This document shows positions 33,944-44,758 of a stretch of 64,000 nt of DNA, one piece after another. The stretch comes from an uncultured Clostridia bacterium. Lineage in GTDB: Bacteria; Bacillota; Clostridia; Christensenellales; CAG-917. Made by a program: the position numbers and the translations under genes. How positions within the stretch are numbered: the first letter of the stretch is position 1; each line of letters begins with the position of its first letter. The DNA lies in contig CAKQUV010000002.1 in the NCBI GenBank assembly GCA_934277615.1, forward strand, positions 98,855-162,854. Reading direction: 5' to 3'. The notes beneath the pieces were generated by a model. That model was not told the DNA's origin. It worked only from the letters and a program-made list of their open reading frames with translations, and made no database searches.

Positions 33944-34396
33944 ATGAAAGTTCGCATTTACATGACAAAACTTCATCAACAATGGACGTATGGCGAGAGG
34001 GTAGATCTTGTGCCTTATCTTGACGGTGAGGATGATGAAATTTTTGAATATGCCGTGCCTGATAGCGGCTTTGCAATCATTCTCAAAAACGGATATACTT
34101 ACGACGTTGTGGACACCGAGCAAGACGCGATTGACAAGATAGGCTACATCTATCGCAATTACGAAGTTGCGCAAAACAGCTGCGACAAGTGTTACATCTC
34201 CCGAGATAACACAAAAAAACGCTACAAAACCCCTGCAGAGGCGCAAACAGATGGCGAGTACGATTATGTCTACGTTCCGCAAGGGATGTATTTCCTCACC
34301 AAATTCGGGAAAATCCTTGCAATCGGCAAAACCGAGGATGAAATGACGGAAAAGATGTACGAGCATTACCGTGCCAAATACACTTATTTGTGTTAA
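33944..34396 (+). CDS. hypothetical protein (150 aa)
   Basis: Clean ORF with acidic/aromatic-rich composition and no recognisable motif. Confidence 0.5.
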   Translation: MKVRIYMTKLHQQWTYGERVDLVPYLDGEDDEIFEYAVPDSGFAIILKNGYTYDVVDTEQDAIDKIGYIYRNYEVAQNSCDKCYISRDNTKKRYKTPAEAQTDGEYDYVYVPQGMYFLTKFGKILAIGKTEDEMTEKMYEHYRAKYTYLC

Positions 34397-34455
34397 GATG
34401 GCAAGAGTCGGCAATAATTTATTAAAAATATCAAATAATTGAATTTAGAGCGAAT

Positions 34456-34788
34456 ATGATTACAAGAATGAAGAACATATCCAAAGCGGAAGTCTTGACT
34501 CTCAAAGAGCAGGTGTCATATCAGGAAGGGCAGGTTGTCAGCAAGACGCTTGCGCAAAACAGCGCGGTCAGCGTAACCTTGTTTTCTTTTGACAAAGGAG
34601 AGGAGATAAGCGCGCACAAGTCCGGCGGCGACGCATTTGTAACCTGTCTTGACGGGGTGGGAAAAATCACCATCGACGGCAAAGAATACATCTTGCACGA
34701 GGGCGAAAGCATTGTTATGTCGGCAGGTCATCCGCATGCGGTTTTTGGCGAAGAGCGTTTCAAAATGCTCCTTGTCGTCGTATTCTGA
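34456..34788 (+). CDS. cupin domain protein
   Basis: 110 aa with a G(X)5H..E...G and H-containing second motif pattern (EEISAHKSGGDAFVTCLDG...SAGHPHAV). Confidence 0.7.
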   Translation: MITRMKNISKAEVLTLKEQVSYQEGQVVSKTLAQNSAVSVTLFSFDKGEEISAHKSGGDAFVTCLDGVGKITIDGKEYILHEGESIVMSAGHPHAVFGEERFKMLLVVVF

Positions 34789-34820
34789 CACAATCATCTC
34801 AATGTTCCGCAAATTCACAA

Positions 34821-34851
34821 TAAAAGCGCACTCGTTTGAGTGCGCTTTTAA
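34821..34851. terminator. bidirectional intrinsic terminator
   Basis: AAAA-GCGCACTC gttt GAGTGCGC-TTTT. Confidence 0.75.
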
Positions 34852-34870
34852 AATTGTTGACTACTACAAA

Positions 34871-35800
34871 TTAGGAAAGCTTTGCGCCGTCTTGTTTAAG
34901 TTCATATACCATTTCATAAACCGTGTCGTCGATTTTGAAGGGCTCTTCGATTTTGACAAGAACGTTTTTGAGATTCCAGCCGTGGTAGGATACGTTGTTC
35001 ACCGCATAGTAGAGAGTTTGCGACATTCCGGCAACTTCGGTGGCTCTTGAAATCACCGTCTTGTAGCATTCGATGCCGTTGTCTGCATATTCGGGATTGT
35101 TGGCGGTGAAGTCGTTTTTGACTTTCACGGTTTCGGAAATGCTTGCAGTGAGGTTGACGCTTTGAGCCTCGTTTGCGGATACTAGCGGCATTGCAAACGA
35201 GAAAGACATGGAGTTGCTAAACGTCGAGAGCGTGCGCAAAGATTGATGAAATTCGTTATTGTCGAAATAGCAAGTGGCTTTGAACGTAACTGTGCCGGTG
35301 CTTTTTTCACCCTCAATCCAACGCTCGTAATTGAAGTTTTTCCCGTCCGAATAATTGGCTTGAAGTCTGAATTTTTCAACGTTGCCCACCGTTTGCACGC
35401 GGTATGAAGCGTGGGGAACCATATAGCCGGAACCGTCGATGAGGTTGAAGTAGCAGCCTGTCTTATAAACCGTTTGGTTTTCGCCTTCGCCGACTGTCAA
35501 AACACCGCTGACAAGCACGCCGCGGCTGACGTTTTGAAGTTCGCCGTTGCCAAAATCATTTACGGTGCTGCCTGCGTCGTATGCGTCGAGCTTGACAACG
35601 TAAGTGCCGTTGTACTCGTCGAGACGCGCGCCGGTTGCCTTGTTTTTGGCGTATACGACGTAACTGAATTCCTCATGATTGTGGTCGTTGAGGAGATTTA
35701 CCAACTGTCCTTGCGGAGTGGCGTTGTTGCAAGCGACAAGAGATATTGCCGATATTGCCACGATTGCGATGACGATTAAACTGAGAAATACTTTTTTCAT
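34871..35800 (-). CDS. putative lipoprotein, unknown function
   Basis: MKKVFLSLIVIAIVAISAISLVAC signal/lipobox at ATG 35800. The track N-terminal extension to 35932 is rejected. Confidence 0.7.
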   Translation of the reverse strand: MKKVFLSLIVIAIVAISAISLVACNNATPQGQLVNLLNDHNHEEFSYVVYAKNKATGARLDEYNGTYVVKLDAYDAGSTVNDFGNGELQNVSRGVLVSGVLTVGEGENQTVYKTGCYFNLIDGSGYMVPHASYRVQTVGNVEKFRLQANYSDGKNFNYERWIEGEKSTGTVTFKATCYFDNNEFHQSLRTLSTFSNSMSFSFAMPLVSANEAQSVNLTASISETVKVKNDFTANNPEYADNGIECYKTVISRATEVAGMSQTLYYAVNNVSYHGWNLKNVLVKIEEPFKIDDTVYEMVYELKQDGAKLS

Positions 35801-35972
35801 AATGCAATTATTATAACATAAAAATAAGTTACCGCAACTGTTCGGGCATCGAAAATGCGCCGAATTTGCGAAATTTGCAAAAAATTTTGCAAAAAACAAA
35901 TAAAAATTGTTAATTTTTATTTGTTTAACCAATGGGATTGAAATGGTACATAAAGGGTGATATACTTAAATT

Positions 35973-38900
35973 ATGAAAATAATTATGTCCAATACGTCGG
36001 AGGGAGCATACCTCGGCGTGCTCAATCAGCTCAAATCAAATCTTGACGGGAAAAGCCAAAACGTCGTCATTGCGCCCGACAGATTCACCGCATCGGTAGA
36101 GAGGGGGCTTATATCCTCTTTGGGCGTGGAAAGCACGTTCGGAATAGAGGTTATGTCCTTTACTCGTCTTGCCAACAAACTTATCGGCAACGACATCAAA
36201 AAGTGTCTTACCCCCGAAGGCTCGGTTATGCTTATAGGCAAGGTGATATCCGACCTTCGCGACGAGCTTGTCTATTACAAAAAAGTGGCGATGACGGAAG
36301 GCTTTGCGAGCGAACTTTACGCCGCTTTGACCGCAATCCGCAACAGCGGCGTTTCATCCGAGGACTTGCTCAAAGCCTCGCAAAAATCGAGCGCGTCGCT
36401 CAAGGCAAAAGCAAGAGATATCGCACATGTATACGAGGGCTATCTCAAAGCGCTCGAGGGCAAGCACAGCGATTCGTCAACAAGGCTTTACGCGCTTGCC
36501 GAGTACATAAAAAATCATCCTGATTGCGTTGCAACAACCAACTTTTATTGCACGGATATTTATGATTTTTCCGCACCCGAACTGGAAATAATCAAAGGGC
36601 TATGCGAGAGCGCGCTCTCGCTCACGATAGGCATTACGTCGGGGTATGACAATCCCAACAAGCGAATTTATCCCGACAACGTGCGCAAAAAGCTTGAAAA
36701 TCTGTGCAGCGGAAGAGTGCAAACGGAAAGGTACGATATCGCCTTGCCGCCTCAAACGGACGCAATATCCAAAAAATTGTTTGCCTATATTTCCACAAGC
36801 GCGGAAGAGAAAGTCGACAACGACGGCAAAGTGATTTTGCGCTCGGCAAAGGACAGGCGCGATGAAGTAACTGCGCTTGTCTGCGACGTCGTGGCAGCGG
36901 TAAGAGAGGGCGCGAGATACAGAGATTTCGAAGTGTACGTAAGCGATATGGACGCTTATGAGGCGGAGCTTAAATCCGCATTCGAAAGATATGATATTCC
37001 GTACTTTCTTGACAAAAAAGAACTGCTTTCCGAGCAGACGAAAACCAGATATATCCTTGACGCAATCGCTTGCGTAAGGAGCAATTTCCGCCGCAGAGAA
37101 GTTGTGGATTTTGCAAAGAATCCGGTGTTTTACGCAAGGCTGGAAGGCGGTCTGGACGAAGTTTTTGTGTTTGAAAACTACTGCCTGCAATTCAATATAG
37201 AGTATATCCCTTTGGGCTCGGAAAACAGATTCGAGCGCACGAGCGAAAACAAGTATTTTGCAAGAAACAAGCAAAATGCAAGCTTTATCTATGCAAAATG
37301 CGACGATAAAGACGTTATTTTGGATAATAGTGTAGAAAACGTCATACCCGAGAGAGTGCGAAAAGCGGTCGTTGAGTGCCTAAAAGAGTACGACTTCAAA
37401 AGTAAGACCAACAATATCCGCGCTTTCGTAAAAGCAACTCGCGAGATGTCCGAGAAGGCGGACGTATATTACAAAAAGCATATAGACAAACTTGCCGCGT
37501 CCGGCGAATACTTCAAAAAGGTTGCAGAGCAAGTGGACGACAAGATAAACGCCGTGCTTGACGAGATAGAAAACGTGCTGGATTACGAAACCGACATTAC
37601 GGGATTCGAGAGCGTGTTTAAGTCTATGCTCAAAACTCTCAAAATCGCGCTTGTGCCGACATATCTCGATTGCGTGTTTGTCGGCGACGCTGACAGTAGA
37701 TTTAGCGGAAAAGGAAACATTTACGTGCTTGGAGCCAACAACGGAAAATTGCCGCGCACGAGCGGAGGCGGCGTTGTCATCACGCCAAAGGATGAGCAAA
37801 CTCTTTGCGCTCTGGGCGTTGACATATATCCGAGCGAAAGGCAAAAAGTGCTCACCGAAATGTATTCCGTTTGCGACCTTATGAAAAAGCCCAAAAGACA
37901 ACTTGTGGTGAGCTATGCCGAAAGCGGCGACGGCGGTGCGCTGCGCCCTTCGACGATTATATTCGAACTGCAAAATATGCTTTGCCAAAACGGCAAGCCG
38001 CTGGAAATCGAGAGGGCGGACTTCGAGCATTATCGCACGCTCGAGGGCTTTGACGACAAAAAGATTTCGTCGGTGTTTGCAACGAATAAAGGCTGTTCGG
38101 ACGAGGTTATGCGCAATCTTTTCGCAGACAGAACGGACTCAAACAACGGATGTGTTTTTGCATCCGCAAACGAGTTTGTAAGCGACGTCGACAAGGCGAG
38201 AATGAAAAAGGCGCTGACCGTTCCCGAGCGCATATCCGTTGACGGCGACGCATACTTCGAGGGCAGCACGAGCGTTAGCAGGTTGGAAACATTTTACGGT
38301 TGTCCGTACGCGCATTATTTCAACTATATATTGTCGCTTAGACGTCGCAAGGACGGCAAATTCGAAGGCACGGAAAACGGCACGATTCTGCACTACGTTC
38401 TCGAGCGGTTTTTCAAGGACGTACGAGATGGCAAAATCGACGATAATTCCGACTTGAGAAAGCTTGCATACGCATATTTTGACGGAGCGATAAAGGAAAA
38501 CGGATTCGAGGTGCTCTTGGAGAAGGCGGACACGGGAAGATTGTTGTCGCGTGTGCGCGACGAGGGCGCAAAACTCATAACCGACCTGTATGAAATCCAG
38601 AAGCGGTCCTTGTTCCGTCCGTATTTGCTAGAGGCAAAGATAGGAGAGGGCGAAATATTGCCTATGTCGCTTGACCTCGGAGATAAAAAGGTTAAACTAA
38701 AAGGCACGATAGACAGAGTCGACGTATTGGACGATAAGTTTATAATCATCGATTACAAGACATACAAGAGCGCGGATTTGCCGCTCAAGGAACTGTATTG
38801 CGGGCAAAAGATACAATTGTACGTGTACATGCGCGCGGTGGAAAAGAGCACGGGCGGAAAACCGAGCGGAGTGTTTTATTTTCCCATATTCTCGAGTTTC

Positions 38901-39287
38901 ACGGACGAGGACGGCACGAGATACAAATACAAAGGTCAAGCCTCGGACAGCATGGAAACGCTCGGGCAGATAGACAACATTGCGGATACGGATCCGCAAA
39001 AGTCAATCGTGCCTTGCAAAAAAGACAAGAAAGGCGCGCTTGCAACGGGCGGCGTGCATTTGTCCGTCGCGCAATTCGATTTGCTGGGAGATTACGCTGT
39101 CGAAATCGCAACCAAAGGCGCAAGCGAGATTGCAAACGGGTATATCAAACCCTCGCCTATCGCCAAGGAAAAGTGCAAGAGATGCGATTTTGCAAGCATA
39201 TGCGCTTACAAGGAAAAATTTGAGAGAAAAGCGCCCAAAGTGAAAGGCATAGAAAGTTTTGAAAAGGAGGGAGAGGAAAATGAGTGA
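35973..39287 (+). CDS. addB: helicase-nuclease AddAB, subunit B
   Basis: 1104 aa. C-terminal RecB-type nuclease with Fe-S cysteines (CPYAHYF ... CKRCDFASIC). Immediately precedes and overlaps addA. Confidence 0.9.
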   Translation: MKIIMSNTSEGAYLGVLNQLKSNLDGKSQNVVIAPDRFTASVERGLISSLGVESTFGIEVMSFTRLANKLIGNDIKKCLTPEGSVMLIGKVISDLRDELVYYKKVAMTEGFASELYAALTAIRNSGVSSEDLLKASQKSSASLKAKARDIAHVYEGYLKALEGKHSDSSTRLYALAEYIKNHPDCVATTNFYCTDIYDFSAPELEIIKGLCESALSLTIGITSGYDNPNKRIYPDNVRKKLENLCSGRVQTERYDIALPPQTDAISKKLFAYISTSAEEKVDNDGKVILRSAKDRRDEVTALVCDVVAAVREGARYRDFEVYVSDMDAYEAELKSAFERYDIPYFLDKKELLSEQTKTRYILDAIACVRSNFRRREVVDFAKNPVFYARLEGGLDEVFVFENYCLQFNIEYIPLGSENRFERTSENKYFARNKQNASFIYAKCDDKDVILDNSVENVIPERVRKAVVECLKEYDFKSKTNNIRAFVKATREMSEKADVYYKKHIDKLAASGEYFKKVAEQVDDKINAVLDEIENVLDYETDITGFESVFKSMLKTLKIALVPTYLDCVFVGDADSRFSGKGNIYVLGANNGKLPRTSGGGVVITPKDEQTLCALGVDIYPSERQKVLTEMYSVCDLMKKPKRQLVVSYAESGDGGALRPSTIIFELQNMLCQNGKPLEIERADFEHYRTLEGFDDKKISSVFATNKGCSDEVMRNLFADRTDSNNGCVFASANEFVSDVDKARMKKALTVPERISVDGDAYFEGSTSVSRLETFYGCPYAHYFNYILSLRRRKDGKFEGTENGTILHYVLERFFKDVRDGKIDDNSDLRKLAYAYFDGAIKENGFEVLLEKADTGRLLSRVRDEGAKLITDLYEIQKRSLFRPYLLEAKIGEGEILPMSLDLGDKKVKLKGTIDRVDVLDDKFIIIDYKTYKSADLPLKELYCGQKIQLYVYMRAVEKSTGGKPSGVFYFPIFSSFTDEDGTRYKYKGQASDSMETLGQIDNIADTDPQKSIVPCKKDKKGALATGGVHLSVAQFDLLGDYAVEIATKGASEIANGYIKPSPIAKEKCKRCDFASICAYKEKFERKAPKVKGIESFEKEGEENE

Positions 39288-42200
39288 TACTATCGTTACA
39301 AGCATAAATCAGGCAAGCGAAAAACGCCTCGAAGTGTTGAAAGACGACAGCGGCAAACTTCTTCTCACGTCTGACCAAAAGAAAGCCGTGCTGGAAAGAG
39401 GACGTATTCTTGTATCCGCTTCGGCAGGCTCGGGCAAGACCTCGACGATGGTCAAGCGCATAATTCTGATGATATCCGAGGGCGCGTCCTTAAAAAATAT
39501 GCTTATTTTGGTGTATAACAACGCCGCCGCGGACGAACTCAAAGAAAAACTACACCAGGAACTTTTTCGCGTGGCGTGCGCGTCGAGCGGCGAGCAGAGG
39601 GAGAGATTCAGACAAGAAATAGACGATATGGCATTTTGCCATATTTGCACCATTCACGCGTTTTGTCAATCGCTCATAAGAGAAAATTTTGACAAGCTCG
39701 GTTTGTCGCCCACTTTCGAGGTGCTGGACGAGAGCGCGCACGCAACGTATATGAACAAGGCTCTCGACAACGTGATTGCCGCATATACGGCGGAAGGGGA
39801 CGAAACTTTTTGCAAACTTGTGGACGTGTTTTCCCAATCGAGGAAAGAGGACAATCTCAAAAGCAATATTATAAGGCTTTATAACCTTGTGGAAATACAG
39901 CCCGATTCCGATGACTTCAAAAAATGCGTTGCGGAGTGCTACGACGACTTTGAAAACAGTAAATTCTTTTTGATTCTGAAGGATTATTATACCAAATTCT
40001 TTGCAAAAGCCAAAGCCGCTTTCGAGAACGCAAGGGAGAGACTTGTCGCAATGGACATAGCGTCGGTGAAGTATATCGACAGCGTTACGAACGCCGTTTA
40101 TACATGCGATGCAATCCTCAAAGCAAAGGACGTGAAGAGCATGTGCAGCATTGCTTACGCATACGAAAAACCGCGCGCCACGCTCAGCACAAAAGCCTCC
40201 GACGAAGAAAGGGAACTTATTGGTTACGTCAAGGAGTATTACAAACAATTCGACGACGTTGTAGAGGAGCTTGCGTCGCTTTACTCAAAGTATGATTTGC
40301 TCAAAGAATATCACAAACAAAACGGCGAGTTTGTCGGCAAACTGGTAGAAGCGGTGTTCAAATTTTCCGACGAGCTTGCCATGCTTAAAGCGCAGGATAA
40401 CGTGCTGTCTTTTGAGGACTTGCAGCACAAGGCTATGCAACTTTTGAGCGAGGACGACACGCTCAAAAACGCTTTCGACGCCGTGTTTGTCGATGAGTAT
40501 CAGGACGTCAATCCAACGCAAGAGGCGATTATATCCAAACTTGTCAAGGACGAGTGCTTTATGGTGGGCGACGTCAAGCAGAGCATATACGGCTTCCGTC
40601 TTGCAGATCCGTCCATATTCATTTCTAGGCAGAAGAGGTATGCGGATTTCGGCGCAAGCGAGGGACAAAACATCTTTTTCAACCATAATTTCCGCAGCGC
40701 ATACGGAATACTGTCCTTTGTCAACGGCGTTTTCGACTCGGTTATGACGGAGGAAAATGCGGACATCGATTACAAAACTGACGCAAGATTCGAGCTTAAA
40801 GACATACCGCCCGTAAACATCGAGGACGTGTCGCCCGAGGGATACGTGCAGGTGCATCTTTTTGCAAAAAACAAGGCGGAAAGCGAAGTTGCAAGCGGAC
40901 TTTACGACATAGTAAACGCTGAGAGCGACGATGACGACGAGGGCGTATGCCCTGAGGGCGAATTTATCGCAAACGAGATAAAGACGCTTGTCGGCAGGAT
41001 GAAAGGTACAAACGCCGACGGCAGCGGAAAGTATATAGGATACGGCGACATTGCCGTGCTTTTCCGCTCTCGTTCCAACGGTGCAAAGCGTATTGTGGAA
41101 ACGCTCAAAAAAGAGGGTATTCCCGTCAACGAAGGGGCGTTCGGTCAATCTGCGTCTTTGCCCGAAAGAGAGCTTGTCAGCTTTTTGAGGGTGCTTGACA
41201 ATCCTCGTCAAGACGTGGCTTTTGCAGGGTATTTGCTGTCATTCTTTGGCGGATACAGCGAGGAAGAAGTGGCGAAAATCGCGCTTGAAGAGGGCGGCTG
41301 TTTTTATGACAAATTTCTCAAATACGCACTTAAAGACGACGTTTTGGCGCAAAAAGTGCGAGATACGGCAAAAACGATTGATAAATACAGACTCAAAGGG
41401 AGCTACCGCAACTTGACGGAACTTATGAACGGAATCGTGTGCGACTATCGCTATGACGCATACCTTATGCGTAGCGGAGAGGGCGACGTAAGCGGACTTA
41501 AGAGTTTTATTTCGGGCGCAGGCGTAAAAGACGGAATCACGCTCGGAAAATTCCTCGAGGACTATTGCGAGGGAGCGTCGGAGGGTGCGAGCGCAAGCGG
41601 CGGCGACAGGGTGGCAATATCCACATTCCACGGATACAAGGGGCTGGAAAATCCCGTTGTGTTTGTGGCGGATACGGCGTTCGGCTTCAATTACGAGTCG
41701 AGCACGGGCGATATGATTTCCACGGGCAAAGGGCTGACGTCCGCAAAAAATTCCAACGATAAAGGGCTTGTGGGAATGAACGCTTTTAATTTCGACGACA
41801 AGACCAAGAGCGCCGTTACGCTGTCTAAAATCGCAGTGGGCAAGTGCATAAAAGACAACCAACTCAAAGAGGAAATCAGACTGTTTTACGTGGCGTTGAC
41901 AAGAGCCAAACAGCTTATGTACGTAACCGCCACGGCAAGCGAGAAAAAGTGTGCGAGTTTCGGCGTTGCTCCGAGGCTGTTCGGCGCAGGGTGCGACCTC
42001 GATTTCCTGTCGGGCGCGATATTTGAAGGAAGCGTAAAAGCCACTGTATTCAAGCATAACGTCGAGGATGAAAAAGCGCAGGACTCAGAGGCGGAAAACG
42101 TCGTGTACGTTCCCGACGAGCATGTTGTGGCGACAATAAAAAAGTCGCAGAAATTCGTTTATCCGTACAAAGAGGCGACGACGCTTGCAATGAAGTACAG

Positions 42201-42759
42201 CGTGTCTGCGCTCGACAGCAAGGACGAGGACGCAGTTTGTTTGTTCAAAGACGCGGCAAAGAAGGGCAGCGCATACCACAAGGTTATGCAATATATCGAT
42301 TACTTTGCCGACGGTAAAGAGGCTGTCGAAGCGGAAATGGATAGAATGGTGCGAGAAAAACTTATAGACGAGGAAGAACGTGCGCTTGTCGAGTCTGCGG
42401 ACATTGCAAAGTGCCTTTGTAGCGAGATTATGCAAAAGGCAAAGAAGGCGTTGCTTTCGGGCAACGGTAAGTGCATGCGAGAGCAGGCGTTTATGATGTA
42501 CAAGCCCGCAAACGAGGTTAGCGACGATTTTTCCTCAAACGACAGGGTGCTTGTACAAGGCGTGGCAGACCTCTTTATCAATGACGAAGAGAAAATCATA
42601 CTCGACTTCAAAAACTCCGCTCTAAAAGACGAAGAATCGCTTGAAAAGTACAAAAAGCAACTTTATCTATACAAATCGGCAATTGAAAGCGCGATTGGTG
42701 CAAAAATAGATAAACTTGCTCTATATTCCTTCAAAACCGGCAAAACGTTGTATTTGTGA
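39280..42759 (+). CDS. addA: helicase-nuclease AddAB, subunit A (UvrD/Rep-type helicase plus nuclease)
   Basis: ASAGSGKTS Walker A, VDEYQDVNP, UvrD-like motifs and a C-terminal PD-(D/E)XK nuclease (GVADLF..ILDFK). GGAGGGAGAGG SD. 8-nt overlap with addB. Confidence 0.92.
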   Translation: MSDTIVTSINQASEKRLEVLKDDSGKLLLTSDQKKAVLERGRILVSASAGSGKTSTMVKRIILMISEGASLKNMLILVYNNAAADELKEKLHQELFRVACASSGEQRERFRQEIDDMAFCHICTIHAFCQSLIRENFDKLGLSPTFEVLDESAHATYMNKALDNVIAAYTAEGDETFCKLVDVFSQSRKEDNLKSNIIRLYNLVEIQPDSDDFKKCVAECYDDFENSKFFLILKDYYTKFFAKAKAAFENARERLVAMDIASVKYIDSVTNAVYTCDAILKAKDVKSMCSIAYAYEKPRATLSTKASDEERELIGYVKEYYKQFDDVVEELASLYSKYDLLKEYHKQNGEFVGKLVEAVFKFSDELAMLKAQDNVLSFEDLQHKAMQLLSEDDTLKNAFDAVFVDEYQDVNPTQEAIISKLVKDECFMVGDVKQSIYGFRLADPSIFISRQKRYADFGASEGQNIFFNHNFRSAYGILSFVNGVFDSVMTEENADIDYKTDARFELKDIPPVNIEDVSPEGYVQVHLFAKNKAESEVASGLYDIVNAESDDDDEGVCPEGEFIANEIKTLVGRMKGTNADGSGKYIGYGDIAVLFRSRSNGAKRIVETLKKEGIPVNEGAFGQSASLPERELVSFLRVLDNPRQDVAFAGYLLSFFGGYSEEEVAKIALEEGGCFYDKFLKYALKDDVLAQKVRDTAKTIDKYRLKGSYRNLTELMNGIVCDYRYDAYLMRSGEGDVSGLKSFISGAGVKDGITLGKFLEDYCEGASEGASASGGDRVAISTFHGYKGLENPVVFVADTAFGFNYESSTGDMISTGKGLTSAKNSNDKGLVGMNAFNFDDKTKSAVTLSKIAVGKCIKDNQLKEEIRLFYVALTRAKQLMYVTATASEKKCASFGVAPRLFGAGCDLDFLSGAIFEGSVKATVFKHNVEDEKAQDSEAENVVYVPDEHVVATIKKSQKFVYPYKEATTLAMKYSVSALDSKDEDAVCLFKDAAKKGSAYHKVMQYIDYFADGKEAVEAEMDRMVREKLIDEEERALVESADIAKCLCSEIMQKAKKALLSGNGKCMREQAFMMYKPANEVSDDFSSNDRVLVQGVADLFINDEEKIILDFKNSALKDEESLEKYKKQLYLYKSAIESAIGAKIDKLALYSFKTGKTLYL

Positions 42760-42778
42760 GAATTCACCGTATATTTAT

Positions 42779-42810
42779 GCGCCGTCGCAACCTTTGCGGC
42801 GGCGTTTTTA
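42779..42810 (+). terminator. intrinsic terminator after addA
   Basis: GCGCCGTCGCAA cctt TGCGGCGGCG followed by TTTTTA. Confidence 0.6.
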
Positions 42811-42952
42811 TGTTGCTGCAAAACGTATTGTATTCGTTGCAAAAACGCGCTTTTTGTCGCTCAATCGGCGGTTTATCGTGCAAAGACGATGCGTTATCCG
42901 TCGATGTGTTTGGAAATATTAAAAAAAGTTTTGCAATGTTTGGGATATTGTC

Positions 42953-42981
42953 TTGATTTTTTCTTATAAACTATGTATAAT
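42953..42981 (+). promoter_or_regulatory. promoter of the acidic-protein genes
   Basis: TTGATT (42953-42958), 17-nt spacer, TATAAT (42976-42981). The ATG of the track ORF (42973) overlaps the -10 box. Confidence 0.5.
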
Positions 42982-43011
42982 CTATTAGATACTAAATCGC
43001 GGAGGAATATT

Positions 43012-44679
43012 GTGGAATTTTTTGAAAAGGCATTCGCTTGGCTTGCAGACGTATCGTCCAAATTGCCTAAAATAGATTTTCAAATATTTTTCATCGTCGT
43101 AGCGGCGGTGCTTTTCGGGTTGGGTATCGTATTTGCGTTTACGTATCTCGGCTCAAAGAGTTTCAAACTTATCAAGGCTAGCAAGAAAATTCAAAAATAC
43201 CTCGAAGGCGTCGACGCCGTCGATGACGACAACGTGAGCGATTTTACAGCGCATTGTTTCTCTGCAAAAGCGCCTCAAGCGTTGCGCGACAGTTGGGTGC
43301 AATACCTCGGCGTGCGCTTTGGATATCCCAGCGATATCGTCAGCGACAAGAACGTCTATGACAAGACGGTCAAAAAGAACAAGGACTATCGCGCGGGCAT
43401 CTACATTTGCGTATCGCTTATTTTGCTTGCGGTGTTTGCGTTTTGGGGATACGGCACTCTCGATAAGACAGCCATCGGCGCAGTGCATTTCGTGAGTCTT
43501 GTGATTATCGGATTGATGTATCTTTTCCTCATCCTCATCAATCGTGCTCAGAACAAGCGTTGCCTCGAAGCTTTTGACGCAATGCAAGAAGACCTTGACG
43601 CAAAGGTGAATTTGCAAGTCGAGAAAAACTATGCCACGGATTCCTCTCCGCTTTCCGAACTTGCGGGTATGGTGGAAGAGATTATCGCACGCAACACGTC
43701 CAAGGCAATCGACATCGACGAAGAGCCCGAAGAGGTGGCGGAGCCCACTCCCATCGAGGCTTTGATAGAACAAGAAGAGAAAGGCGAGAGCGTTGAGGAA
43801 GAAACTTCTGTCGACGAGGCAGACGAGCCGGTTTCCGAGGATAAGGAAGAAGAGTCTGTGGATGAAGAAGCGGAACCCACGGAAGAAACTTCCGTAGAAG
43901 AAGCCGAAGAGGTTGAAGAAACCCCCGTTGACGCTGTCGAAGAGAATACGGAAGAGGTTGCGGACGAGGAAACGGACGAAGTTGTCGAAACCGAGCCTGT
44001 CGAAGAAGCCGTAAAAGAAACCTCGGAGGAAACCGAAGAAGAAAAGGCTGACGACGAAAACGTTGAAGAAACCATAGAGGAAAGCACCGAAGAGGAAGGA
44101 CTCCAAGAAGCGCAAGAAGACGCTGCGGAAGAGAACGCCGAAGAACAACCTCTCAAAGAAGAACAAGAGGATACTCTTGACGAGGCAGAGGCTCAAGAGG
44201 AAGTTGAAGCCGAGGAAATCGAGGAAGAAGTCCGAGAGGATGAAAACTCGGTCGAAACGAAAGAAGAGCCTATTGAAGAAATCGCAGACGATGACGTTCA
44301 GGAGGACGTAACAGACGAGTCCGAAGAGGTTGAAGAACAATCCGAAGAAGAAGTAGCCGACGAAGGCGACGCAGAAGCCGAAGAAGTCGAGGACGATTCA
44401 CAAGAGGACAACTCAGAAGAGAAAGCCGAAGAGGAGCCCGAGGTCGTTTACGTCGTAGACGGCGAGGATGAGGACGAAGAAGTTGTCAAACCTGCAAAAC
44501 TTGTCAAACTTCCCAATCTCGTTGATTATATGCTGACAAAGAATATGCCGAAGGCTATGAAGATTCAAATCGCAGGAATGCTCATCGGCACGTACAAGAA
44601 GTTTGAAAACAGCAAGGAAGACCGCAAAATCGTTGTGCAATGTCTGACGAAAGTTATGCGCGACTTGCAAGCAAACTGA
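43012..44679 (+). CDS. membrane-anchored, extremely acidic protein with conserved C-terminal domain (paralog 1)
   Basis: GTG 43012 lies 5 nt after GGAGGA. Three N-terminal TM helices, ~260 aa of E/D-rich low complexity, then a ~75-aa C-terminal domain shared with 44759-45511. Confidence 0.65.
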   Translation: MEFFEKAFAWLADVSSKLPKIDFQIFFIVVAAVLFGLGIVFAFTYLGSKSFKLIKASKKIQKYLEGVDAVDDDNVSDFTAHCFSAKAPQALRDSWVQYLGVRFGYPSDIVSDKNVYDKTVKKNKDYRAGIYICVSLILLAVFAFWGYGTLDKTAIGAVHFVSLVIIGLMYLFLILINRAQNKRCLEAFDAMQEDLDAKVNLQVEKNYATDSSPLSELAGMVEEIIARNTSKAIDIDEEPEEVAEPTPIEALIEQEEKGESVEEETSVDEADEPVSEDKEEESVDEEAEPTEETSVEEAEEVEETPVDAVEENTEEVADEETDEVVETEPVEEAVKETSEETEEEKADDENVEETIEESTEEEGLQEAQEDAAEENAEEQPLKEEQEDTLDEAEAQEEVEAEEIEEEVREDENSVETKEEPIEEIADDDVQEDVTDESEEVEEQSEEEVADEGDAEAEEVEDDSQEDNSEEKAEEEPEVVYVVDGEDEDEEVVKPAKLVKLPNLVDYMLTKNMPKAMKIQIAGMLIGTYKKFENSKEDRKIVVQCLTKVMRDLQAN

Positions 44680-44758
44680 TTTAAATATGTAAAAAAAAGT
44701 TCAGTCGGGGGACTTTACGAGCCGACGTTTCAATAAAATATAAGGTGAGGATTGAAAG

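Noticed and set aside
42973-43011. ATG 42973 as the start of the acidic membrane protein.
   Set aside because: The ATG overlaps the TATAAT -10 box (42976-42981). GTG 43012, 5 nt after GGAGGA, is more plausible, although the ATG cannot be excluded.
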